The translations under genes and the position numbers were made by a program. The notes under the pieces are model-generated. The model saw nothing but the letters and a program-made list of their open reading frames with translations, did not search any database and was not told the DNA's origin. A stretch of DNA of 64,000 nt from Candidatus Altiarchaeales archaeon (GTDB lineage Archaea; Altiarchaeota; Altiarchaeia; IMC4; SCGC-AAA252-I15): the NCBI GenBank assembly GCA_014727915.1, contig WJMO01000011.1, forward strand, positions 21,466-85,465, written 5' to 3'. Of the stretch, positions 8,989 to 17,311 are shown in pieces (the stretch's first letter is position 1; each line of letters opens with the position of its first letter).

Positions 8989-10575
8989 TTATTTGAAGCC
9001 TTCCTGGTGGAATTCCTGGGCCTGGTATGTGAGCACCTCGCTTGTCCTCCAGCAGTTCGCAGGGCTTCCCTGCTTGAGGCAGAGGTGGCTTAGGAACTCC
9101 TCCTTGTCCGGCAGCTGCTCCCATACTACTGGCAGGTACGTGGATTGTCTCATCCCGTTCTTCAATATGACGCCGTCTACTCCGGGTATCAGCTTGGCCA
9201 GCAGGTCCTCCGGGCTGTCGTAGTGCAGCTCCTTCGGCTCCGAGAGCACGGATATCTCGATCCGCACGTCTTCCAGCTCGTCCTCTCGCACCGGCTTGAA
9301 CCTGCTGTCATGCAATGCCGCATTCAAGGTGTTCTCCATCACGCACTCGTGCAGCTTCCTCATCGGCGCCAGGTGTCCGATGCACCCCCTCAGCTCGCCG
9401 TCCTTGTTCAATGTGACGAAGCAGCCTTTGACCTCACGCAGCTTCGGGGGAAGGCTGCTGTAGTCGTACTTCATCTCTACTCCGCTGTAGTGGCTCTCCA
9501 ATGCCTTTTGCGCCAGGTCCAACAGCAATTCCTGCTCTTCAGCATTCAGCCCGTCGTAGAATCCTATGGACGCATAACCTACCACGCCGTTGCTCGCGTC
9601 GCCTGACGTGTCCCCGGAGTTCCGGTAGTCGAACTTCATAGTCCTCCATCCCCTCTCATATGCCATCAGCATCAATGCCATGGTGGGTATCTTCCCGCAG
9701 CAGTCACCCTCCCGTGCCATCTTCACATAGTCCAAGCCGACTATCGCTTCTATGGTTTTCTCGTCCAGGCCCACTGCCTCGTCGTATTCGTGGTAGTGGC
9801 TGAGGTCCGTTGACGCTATTACCAGCGTGTCTTCGTCCACGTACTTTTCCAAGGCTGCCGCTAGAACTTTGGGGTCGACGTCACCGACCACTACTGGTAT
9901 GAGCTTGAACGGGGGTAGAACCTTCTGGAGGAAGGGTACCTGGACTTCGACGCTGTGCTCTCTTTCATGGGCTTCGGGCTCGTAGGTGAACACGTCCTCC
10001 TCTAGCATCTCCTTTACCTTCGGCGATACTGGGACGTCGCCTAAGGGCGTCTTGTAGAAGTCCGCGTCCGCTATGGAGGCGCCCTTTAGGTAGTGCCTGT
10101 GGCTTGGGCCCATCACTATCACGGTCTCGTACCTGCTGTTCATCAGCTGCCGGTACCCGTAGGCGGCAACCTGCCCTGAGAACCTGTAACCCGCGTGGGG
10201 TGAGATCAGACCCCGTATGCCATATACTCCGGGATAGTCCTCGGCGTCTCCGAGGTAGCGGTCTATGTCATCTGAAAGCTTGTGGGGTTCGCTCGCATAG
10301 AAAGCCCCCGCGACCGCCGGCCTTCGGTATGTGGGGGTCAACGTCGTGGAGGTGCCGGTTATGTTGCCCCTCTCCCCGGAGATGTCCGCGGACCCTGCCT
10401 GGTTGAATATCACATATGCCATCACCGCGGTCACGATGATGATGCCGCCAACCAGTATGGCGTCCATGACCCGGTCACCCTCTTTGCCCTTCTTTTTCTT
10501 AACCTGCCTCTCCTTGGCTTCTGTCTTCTTCCCCTTGTCCTTCTTCTTCTTCTTCCTGCTCATATGTGAACCCAT
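8989..10575 (-). CDS. AmmeMemoRadiSAM protein B (MEMO1-like) + protein A (AMMECR1) fusion with N-terminal membrane anchor
   Basis: RRPAVAGAFY, PHAGY, GPSH, EHSVEVQVPFLQ, ASTDLSHY, NSGD, VVGY (MEMO); GCFVTL..LRGCIG, DSRF, EISVLS, YLPVVW, LCLKQG (AMMECR1). Lys-rich N-terminus followed by a TM helix. Confidence 0.9.
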   Translation of the reverse strand: MGSHMSRKKKKKDKGKKTEAKERQVKKKKGKEGDRVMDAILVGGIIIVTAVMAYVIFNQAGSADISGERGNITGTSTTLTPTYRRPAVAGAFYASEPHKLSDDIDRYLGDAEDYPGVYGIRGLISPHAGYRFSGQVAAYGYRQLMNSRYETVIVMGPSHRHYLKGASIADADFYKTPLGDVPVSPKVKEMLEEDVFTYEPEAHEREHSVEVQVPFLQKVLPPFKLIPVVVGDVDPKVLAAALEKYVDEDTLVIASTDLSHYHEYDEAVGLDEKTIEAIVGLDYVKMAREGDCCGKIPTMALMLMAYERGWRTMKFDYRNSGDTSGDASNGVVGYASIGFYDGLNAEEQELLLDLAQKALESHYSGVEMKYDYSSLPPKLREVKGCFVTLNKDGELRGCIGHLAPMRKLHECVMENTLNAALHDSRFKPVREDELEDVRIEISVLSEPKELHYDSPEDLLAKLIPGVDGVILKNGMRQSTYLPVVWEQLPDKEEFLSHLCLKQGSPANCWRTSEVLTYQAQEFHQEGFK

Positions 10576-10631
10576 TATTCAAACAGATATTAATATCGGG
10601 CTTTTTATAGCCTATATTGTATTTGTATTAT

Positions 10632-11075
10632 ATGCCTTCCGCCGGTGAGGTCCTGAAGAATGCTGTCATGTGGGAGGTGAAGGCATATGAATTCTACATG
10701 CGCGCGTCTGAGGAGGTTGGGAACCAGTCCTTGAAGGGGCTTCTCCTGGGCCTGGCGGGCGAGGAGCTTAAGCACAAGGAGATGATCGACCGGTTGGACG
10801 TTGGGAACATCGGCGTGAGGACTTGTGGTATAGACTTCATAGACCTCGTAGGCGAGTTTGGATCCAACACGTATGAAATCCGCAAGTCAGCCGCCCGGGT
10901 TCTCGAGTTCGCGATGGACAAGGAGCGGAAGGCCGAGGAAAAGTACAGGCGGCTATCGCTTGAATTGGACGATCCCGAGGCCAAGAAGGTCTGTGAAGTT
11001 CTTGCGGCCGCCGAGAACTGCCACTTTAGCCTTATAGCCGCAGAGCTCGGAAGACTACACCGGAAAAGCGTGTGA
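10632..11075 (+). CDS. Rubrerythrin/ferritin-like diiron protein
   Basis: E..AYEFY, EELKH, AMDKE..A...Y, AENCH paired ExxH pattern; probable start ATG 10632. Confidence 0.8.
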   Translation: MPSAGEVLKNAVMWEVKAYEFYMRASEEVGNQSLKGLLLGLAGEELKHKEMIDRLDVGNIGVRTCGIDFIDLVGEFGSNTYEIRKSAARVLEFAMDKERKAEEKYRRLSLELDDPEAKKVCEVLAAAENCHFSLIAAELGRLHRKSV

Positions 11076-11151
11076 TTTCATCTTTCAACGTTCTTTTGTT
11101 TTTTAAGTTGTCATTCACTGTCTTTTCTACTTTTCGATTTCAAATTAGAGA

Positions 11152-12447
11152 GTGTTCAACATGAAGAATCGTTGGTTGGTTGTTATAGGAGCTTTGATAA
11201 TACAGTTGTGTCTTGGAGCCATCTACAGTTGGAGCGTCTTCACCAAAGACCTCACCACCCCCTTGGCGGAGGGTGGCGTGTATGGGTTCTCCGCCTCCCA
11301 GGCTGCGTGGATATTCTCGGCGGGCCTGGCCACCTTCGCGGTGGTGATGGTGTTGGCTGGTCGCATGCAGGCCAAGATCGGGCCCAAGCCCATCGCAATG
11401 GCAGGCGGTGTCGTGTTGGGCGCGGGCTACATCCTCGGCGGACTCTTCGGCAGCTCGTTCATCAACCAGCTCCTGTTCATCGGAGTGGTCGGCGGCGCGG
11501 GCATAGGGCTAGCGTATGTGGTCCCCATCGCAGTTGGTGTGAAGTGGTTCCCTGACAAGAAGGGAATGATAACTGGACTTGCAGTTTCTGGATTCGGATT
11601 TGGAGCGACCCTATGGGTGAAGCTCGCAGGCGAATGGGGCGGGCTGCTGGCTAACGTCAGCCTCTTCGGACTGCCCGGAGTTCAGAGCGTCTTCATCATA
11701 TACGGTGTTATATTCCTGGTTTTGGTGGTTTTGGCTAGTGTTGTGATGGTTAACCCCCCAGAGGGGTATAGGCCTGCGGGTTGGGAGCCTCCCAAGGCAA
11801 CAGAGGCTGCGACCGGATCTGTCGAGTTCACAAGCGGCGAGATGCTACGGACACCCCAGTTCTTCATGCTGTTCCTCGCGTTCCTAGGCTCCGCGTTGGC
11901 CGGGTTGATGGTCATCTCCTGCATCAAACTGTTCGGGATAGACGCGTTGACGGCAAGCGGGGCAGCCCCTGACGTGGCAAAAGCCGGAGCGATAGCGGGC
12001 ACTGCCATGGCAATATACGCGATACTCAACGGGTTGGGAAGGATAGTCTGGGGAACTGTGTCCGACAGAATAGGGAGGAAGAACGCGCTGTTCCTCATGT
12101 GCCTACTACAGGGCGTTATAATGTTCTTCTTCTACCGTATGGGCTCGTCTGAACTCGGCCTTATCGCTGGCGCGAGCATAATCGGCTTCAACTTCGGAGG
12201 GAACTTCGCGTTGTTCCCGGCTGCGACGGCCGACTTCTTCGGCAACAAGAACGTGGGCTCCAACTATGGCTGGGTTTTCCTCGCCTACGGTTTCGCAGGC
12301 ATTGCCGGGCCTCAGATAGCGGGCTACTTCAAGGACACGGCACAGGGCGACGTCACAGCGTGGACGAACCCGTTCATGATAGCCAGCGCGGCGTGCATAG
12401 TTGCGGCGGTCATCGTGTTGATGCTGAGGAGGCCGAGGAGCGGGTAG
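11152..12447 (+). CDS. MFS transporter, oxalate:formate antiporter (OFA) family
   Basis: LCLGAIYSWSVF, VKWFPDKKG..TG..V.GFGFG, NGLGRI.WG..SDRIGR, FFG.KN.G.NYG; about 12 TM. Confidence 0.9.
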   Translation: MFNMKNRWLVVIGALIIQLCLGAIYSWSVFTKDLTTPLAEGGVYGFSASQAAWIFSAGLATFAVVMVLAGRMQAKIGPKPIAMAGGVVLGAGYILGGLFGSSFINQLLFIGVVGGAGIGLAYVVPIAVGVKWFPDKKGMITGLAVSGFGFGATLWVKLAGEWGGLLANVSLFGLPGVQSVFIIYGVIFLVLVVLASVVMVNPPEGYRPAGWEPPKATEAATGSVEFTSGEMLRTPQFFMLFLAFLGSALAGLMVISCIKLFGIDALTASGAAPDVAKAGAIAGTAMAIYAILNGLGRIVWGTVSDRIGRKNALFLMCLLQGVIMFFFYRMGSSELGLIAGASIIGFNFGGNFALFPAATADFFGNKNVGSNYGWVFLAYGFAGIAGPQIAGYFKDTAQGDVTAWTNPFMIASAACIVAAVIVLMLRRPRSG

Positions 12448-12451
12448 GTTC

Positions 12452-13990
12452 TCATTCGGGGTGTGCGCCAGCAGCCTCTTTCCGGTGGACATACCCCATC
12501 GTACCCCACCACGTGTCCACAGAGCATACCAGCTCTCCACCATCGTATCCTCTGATGTCGTTGAAGGCGTAGTAGTCTCCTTCTTCTGTGGTGGTGGTAT
12601 CTATCCTCTTCCTGTCTTCGGGGGGCAGGGAGTCTACTCCATACTCGCCGACCCACCTGAAAGTGCGAACCCTTATCCTGTCCCGGCCGTCCAGTTCGAG
12701 GATCCTCTCATAGGATTCCCGGTATGACAGTCCCCAGTAGTCGAGGGGGAAACTGTCCTGTGTTTCTCCGAAGAGGCCCGCGGCGAAGTTGAAGTAGGCC
12801 ATCTCATACGGGTGGTTCGCGGCCATGGTATAGGCGGTGCAGAGCGAGCTTGCGGTTATGAGCAGAGCCACTGCTGCCGATCTTCCGCGCCGGCCATCCG
12901 CCCACACTTTCACCTGCCTCAACCCTTCCATGGATATCATCATGAACGCGGGGTAGACGAGATAATGGTGGCGCCAGCCGTTGTATAATGTGACCTTGAA
13001 TATCATCGTGGAGGCCAGGGGTATGATGAGCCATAGCAGGAAAACAAGGGTGTTCCGCTTCTCCCTGCTCCATCCCCTCTCAGTCAGATGGCGGGCTGCC
13101 GCTCCCAAACCCGCTGTGAAGAGGATGATGTACAGTGGTGGTGTGGTGATTAGCATCCATGCCGGCGTGTAATGCCATGGGGGCATCGCGTCCCTTATAG
13201 TCTCTCCGAAGTAGAGGTATGTGAAAGGGTAGAACAGGTCTTTGGCGGAGGCGAAGCTGGAAACGAACCCTCCGACGGGATCGTCCCAGATCATCGGCCA
13301 GAACATGTACGCGAGCAGTAGCGTCATAACAGCATATGCTACTCCTGCCTTCCGCCCGCTCTTCCCGTATGCTAGGGTCAATGCAAGTGTCAGGACGGGT
13401 ATGGCGGCTCCGAAGTTGCGGATGCCTATCAACACCGCAGAGGACACTGAGTGGGTCAGCGCCCATTTGATGTCCCTCTCGTCCAGGAACCTTAGCATGG
13501 TGTATGCGCATGCCGTGAACATGGTCATCGTGGGTATGTCAACGGAGTTGTAGAATCCGTGGGCGAATATCCTGGGCGTCAACACGATGAACAACGAACC
13601 TGCCAGGGCGATCTTAGGGCTTTTGAAGTGGTAGTTGCATAGGATGTAGAAGAACAGAATCCCTGTCCAATATGACATGAAGGTCAGGAGGTGCCTGAGG
13701 TACGTCACATCCCTGGTGTCTTCGACCCCTGCCGATTTCTCGGCGGCTGCCAGCGTCAGCTCGAAAAGGGGGCCGTGTATCATGCAGTGGCTTTGGTCGA
13801 GGAAGGGGTCATATTCTCCCTCCATGATTAGGTTGTACACTGCAGTTCCGAATCGGCGGTTGTTCCTCTGATCCCAGTGGGTGCCGTAGTCCGTGTAGGT
13901 GGTCAGGCCCAGTAGGAGCAGGAGGGCGAAGAATAGGACGCTCAATTTCTTCCAGCCGCCTTTGCCGATCCCCGGGATGGGATGTTCCAT
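12452..13990 (-). CDS. GT-C fold (PMT/ArnT-like) membrane glycosyltransferase
   Basis: DYG..WD in the first loop, HGPLF, PRIFAH.FYN..D, PWHY, LYNGWRH, DYWGLS; multi-TM. Confidence 0.75.
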   Translation of the reverse strand: MEHPIPGIGKGGWKKLSVLFFALLLLLGLTTYTDYGTHWDQRNNRRFGTAVYNLIMEGEYDPFLDQSHCMIHGPLFELTLAAAEKSAGVEDTRDVTYLRHLLTFMSYWTGILFFYILCNYHFKSPKIALAGSLFIVLTPRIFAHGFYNSVDIPTMTMFTACAYTMLRFLDERDIKWALTHSVSSAVLIGIRNFGAAIPVLTLALTLAYGKSGRKAGVAYAVMTLLLAYMFWPMIWDDPVGGFVSSFASAKDLFYPFTYLYFGETIRDAMPPWHYTPAWMLITTPPLYIILFTAGLGAAARHLTERGWSREKRNTLVFLLWLIIPLASTMIFKVTLYNGWRHHYLVYPAFMMISMEGLRQVKVWADGRRGRSAAVALLITASSLCTAYTMAANHPYEMAYFNFAAGLFGETQDSFPLDYWGLSYRESYERILELDGRDRIRVRTFRWVGEYGVDSLPPEDRKRIDTTTTEEGDYYAFNDIRGYDGGELVCSVDTWWGTMGYVHRKEAAGAHPE

Positions 13991-14061
13991 TCCGTTAGAT
14001 TAAATGGTTTTCTAAAGTATAATACCCCGGCCTTGCATCGCTTTTTTACCGGTATTTTTAA

Positions 14062-14817
14062 GTGAATAACATGGTGGATGTGGTCGTAGTGATGGGCGTT
14101 GGCTTGATAGTCCTGTTGTCATACTTCCTCAGGACGTTGACAGGGTTTGGGAGCGCTCTCATCGCCATGCCCTTCCTGGTCCTGTTGTTCTCGGACCTCC
14201 GGTTCGTAGTCCCGTTGTTCGCGGCCATCGAATTGTTGAACGGGTATCTCAACTACAGGGGCTCCGCGGCCAGGGCTAAGTTCTCGGATTACAAGGCCAC
14301 CTTCAGCATGGTATTTGTCGGCACCGTTATCGGATGTCTGCTGTTGAGGTTCGCTCCAGAGAACGTCCTCCGGTTCTTCTTTGCATTGTTCCTGCTGGCA
14401 TTCGCAGTCAAGTTGTATTTTGGCTCCGGTTTCAAGCTGCCCGGCTATGGGCTTGTGGACGTGGGTTTCTATCCTCTCATCGGGGGTTTGTTGTTCGGCG
14501 TCTACAACACCGGCCGTCCGGTCGTTCTGAGCTGGCTGTCCAAGAGGCCGCTTGAGAAGCCATTGACGGAGGAATCGCTCGCTTCGCTGTTCTTCTTCAA
14601 GAGCGTTTTCCAGGTGGCGTTGTTCATCGTCCTGGGCCTGCTGGGCTTCAGCGTGCTGGCATATCTGATATTGGCTGTTCCGATGCTGTTGCTGGCCAGG
14701 TTCCTGGCTGCGTCGACGCCCAATCACCTGGACGACCGCATGGTTTCAGGTGGTGCGTCGGCGGTGTTCGCCGCGGTGGCCTTGCTGATAGTCTTCATGC
14801 TGGTCGCGCAGGGGTGA
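14062..14817 (+). CDS. TSUP (TauE/SafE) family transporter
   Basis: TGFGSALIAMP N-terminal motif, GG.L.G...TG.P; about 8 TM. Confidence 0.75.
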   Translation: MNNMVDVVVVMGVGLIVLLSYFLRTLTGFGSALIAMPFLVLLFSDLRFVVPLFAAIELLNGYLNYRGSAARAKFSDYKATFSMVFVGTVIGCLLLRFAPENVLRFFFALFLLAFAVKLYFGSGFKLPGYGLVDVGFYPLIGGLLFGVYNTGRPVVLSWLSKRPLEKPLTEESLASLFFFKSVFQVALFIVLGLLGFSVLAYLILAVPMLLLARFLAASTPNHLDDRMVSGGASAVFAAVALLIVFMLVAQG

Positions 14818-15712
14818 GCCAGTCATCGTAGCCTCTTTCTTCTCCCCTGACTATGCTCAGGTACTTGGACTGTATCCTCTCGGTTACCTGGCCTCTGCCG
14901 CCGTATTCCCTGTCGTCTATCTGGCGTATCGGGGTTACTTCGGCGGCGGTGCCTGTGAAGAAGGCCTCATCCGCGTCCTTTAGCTCCTCGACCGTTATCT
15001 CTCCCTCTTTGACCTCGTATCCGATGTCTGACGCGATCTTCCTGACAGTATCCTGTGTTATGCCCGGCAGAGCACCCGAATCCTCTGATGTCGTCTTCAA
15101 GACCTCGTCTTTGACAGTGAACAAGTTCTCACCCGAACCCTCGGCTACACTGCCTTTGGTGTTGAGCATGATGGCCTCGTCAAATCCTCTCCTGACGGCT
15201 TCGACCTTTGCCAGCGACGCGTTCGCATAGTTGGCGGTTGCCTTGGCTGTGGGCGGCATCGTCGACGGGTCTATCCTCCTCCACGTCGAGATGGTGGCTT
15301 TAACGCCCTTCTCCATCCCGTCCTCGCCAAGGTATGCCCCCCACTCCCAGACCGCGTGGCTGACGTCAACCGGGTTGCCCAGGGGGCAGACTCCCAATTC
15401 CCTGTAGCCGAAGAACGCTATGGTCCTGACATAGCATTCCCTCAGGTTGTTTGCTCTTATGGTCTCAATGACCTGGGCGCATAGTTCATCAACCGTGTAT
15501 GGGAGTTCCATGTTGTAGGCTGCGCCGCTCTTCACAAGCCTTCTCATGTGGTCCTTCAGCCTGAACACCGCCGGGCCCTCGCATGTGTCATAGCACCTGC
15601 AGCTCTCGAAGACTCCCGTCCCATAGTGGAGTGCATGGGCTAGGACGTGGACTTTAGCTTCCTCCCACGCTGCCAGCTCTCCGTTGTACATGACCTTTTC
15701 AGTCGCTTTCAT
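14795..15712 (-). CDS. ilvE: Branched-chain amino acid aminotransferase
   Basis: HALHYGTGVFE, AKATANY (PLP Lys), EGSGENLF, LPGIT, ADEAFFTGTAAEVTPI. Confidence 0.95.
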   Translation of the reverse strand: MKATEKVMYNGELAAWEEAKVHVLAHALHYGTGVFESCRCYDTCEGPAVFRLKDHMRRLVKSGAAYNMELPYTVDELCAQVIETIRANNLRECYVRTIAFFGYRELGVCPLGNPVDVSHAVWEWGAYLGEDGMEKGVKATISTWRRIDPSTMPPTAKATANYANASLAKVEAVRRGFDEAIMLNTKGSVAEGSGENLFTVKDEVLKTTSEDSGALPGITQDTVRKIASDIGYEVKEGEITVEELKDADEAFFTGTAAEVTPIRQIDDREYGGRGQVTERIQSKYLSIVRGEERGYDDWLTPARPA

Positions 15713-15769
15713 ATGGGGAAAGATGTGAACCCCAGGTTAAATAGGCCGGAAAATGAATATTTTACTGTT

Positions 15770-16114
15770 ATGGGATGGTTTGACTGGCTGTTCTCCCCCG
15801 AGGACGGGGAAAAGGAGGTTTGGGTGAAGGTCTGCCCCATGTGCGGGAGCAAGGAGGTCACGAGCAGGGGCATGATATCCCGGCGTGCGCTGTCTCCCAA
15901 CTTCATCTGCAAGTCATGCGGGTTCCAAAGCCCTCTCTTCCCCGAGCTGCCGTTGGAAGAGGCGGGGAAGATCCCCGACCAACCGAGCGTTTTAGTGCCT
16001 TCCAGGGCGCCGATCGCAGCGGACCACAGCCGATTGGATGATGGCATGGGCCGCGGCAGGATATTCTGGCTCATGTTAGTGGCGTTGGTCCTGTGGCTGA
16101 TACTCGCATACTGA
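15770..16114 (+). CDS. Small zinc-ribbon protein with C-terminal TM
   Basis: Probable start ATG 15770; CPMCGS...CKSCGF; hydrophobic C-terminus. Confidence 0.6.
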   Translation: MGWFDWLFSPEDGEKEVWVKVCPMCGSKEVTSRGMISRRALSPNFICKSCGFQSPLFPELPLEEAGKIPDQPSVLVPSRAPIAADHSRLDDGMGRGRIFWLMLVALVLWLILAY

Positions 16115-16120
16115 CGGGTT

Positions 16121-17311
16121 TCACATCCAAACTCCCGCGATCGCTTCCCCGCAGAACCTGCAATTCCCATCTTGGAGGTTGTTCTCCGTTATCCTGTATC
16201 CTGCCCTGCCTATGACGGTCCTACCGCATCGGGGGCAGATGGTGTCTTCCAGTTGTAGTTGGGGTGCGTTGCCGACGAAAACGTAGTTCAATCCCGCGTC
16301 AGATGCGATGTCCCTTGCGTTGGTGAGGACTTCAAGGGGTGTTGGCGGTAGCTTTGTCAGCTTGTACTGGGGGTGGAACCTGCTGAAATGGAGGGGGTAG
16401 TCGCCTCCGATGTTCTTGACGATCCATCTGCTCATCTCCCCTATGACGTCTAGGTCGTCGGTCCAGGTTGGCACGATGAGGTTGGTGATCTCGAACCATA
16501 TCCTGTTCTCGTGCAGGGTCTTCAGGGTTTTCAATACCGGCTGTAGGCTGCCGCCGTTCAACTCCAGGTAAATGTTGTCTCTGAACCCTTTCAAGTCGAC
16601 GTTCGCAGCGTCCAAGACCGTGCAGAACCTCTCAAGCGGCTCCTCGTTCATGTGTCCGTTGGTTATCCACAGGTTCCTCACTCCCTCCTCCCTCGCTATC
16701 ACGCTCGTGTCGTACATGTACTCGTAGAATATGGTGGGCTCGTTGTAGGTGTATGCTATCGACTTGCACCCCTGCTGCAAGGCTCCTGCGACGACGGCAT
16801 CGGGGAAGAGCTCCCCGTTTTCGGTCTCCTCCGGGGGATACTGGCTTATCTCCCAGTTCTGGCAGTTCAAACACCTGAGGTTGCACCCTGCCGTCGCTAT
16901 GCTGAAGGCCTTGGACGCCGGCAGGAAATGGAATAGGGGCTTCTTCTCTATGGGGTCCACGTGGACCGAGCAGGGGTTCCCGTAGACGAGAGAATAGAGT
17001 CTGCCGCCGTGGTTCACCCTAACCCTGCATATGCCCCTCTGGCCAGGCTGTAGGCTGCAGGTGTTGGGGCATAGGCCGCACCGCACCGTCCCACCCAGGT
17101 CCCGGTAATCGTATGCTTCCCTGCTCCACTTCCACAGCTCAGAGGGGGCGGCGGTCACCTCCGAACCGCCGTTGGGTCTGCTTTCCGGCTTCCCCTTCGA
17201 CAGCTCGTTGACGATGTATCCTCCAGCACCCAATCCCACGGCTCCGACGGCCGCCTTCTTGAGGAATTCCCTCCTGCTTATGCCCTCGCTCCTATCATCC
17301 CTACTTGCCAC
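16121..17311 (-). CDS. amrS: AmmeMemoRadiSAM radical SAM enzyme with twin-arginine signal peptide
   Basis: SRREFLK Tat motif + h-region; C.LCP..C...G.C.VR, DPIEKKPLFHF, CNLRCLNC (CxxxCxxC), YTYNEP, NVDLK, PLHFSRFHP, C-terminal CP.C...C.FC. Confidence 0.92.
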   Translation of the reverse strand: MASRDDRSEGISRREFLKKAAVGAVGLGAGGYIVNELSKGKPESRPNGGSEVTAAPSELWKWSREAYDYRDLGGTVRCGLCPNTCSLQPGQRGICRVRVNHGGRLYSLVYGNPCSVHVDPIEKKPLFHFLPASKAFSIATAGCNLRCLNCQNWEISQYPPEETENGELFPDAVVAGALQQGCKSIAYTYNEPTIFYEYMYDTSVIAREEGVRNLWITNGHMNEEPLERFCTVLDAANVDLKGFRDNIYLELNGGSLQPVLKTLKTLHENRIWFEITNLIVPTWTDDLDVIGEMSRWIVKNIGGDYPLHFSRFHPQYKLTKLPPTPLEVLTNARDIASDAGLNYVFVGNAPQLQLEDTICPRCGRTVIGRAGYRITENNLQDGNCRFCGEAIAGVWM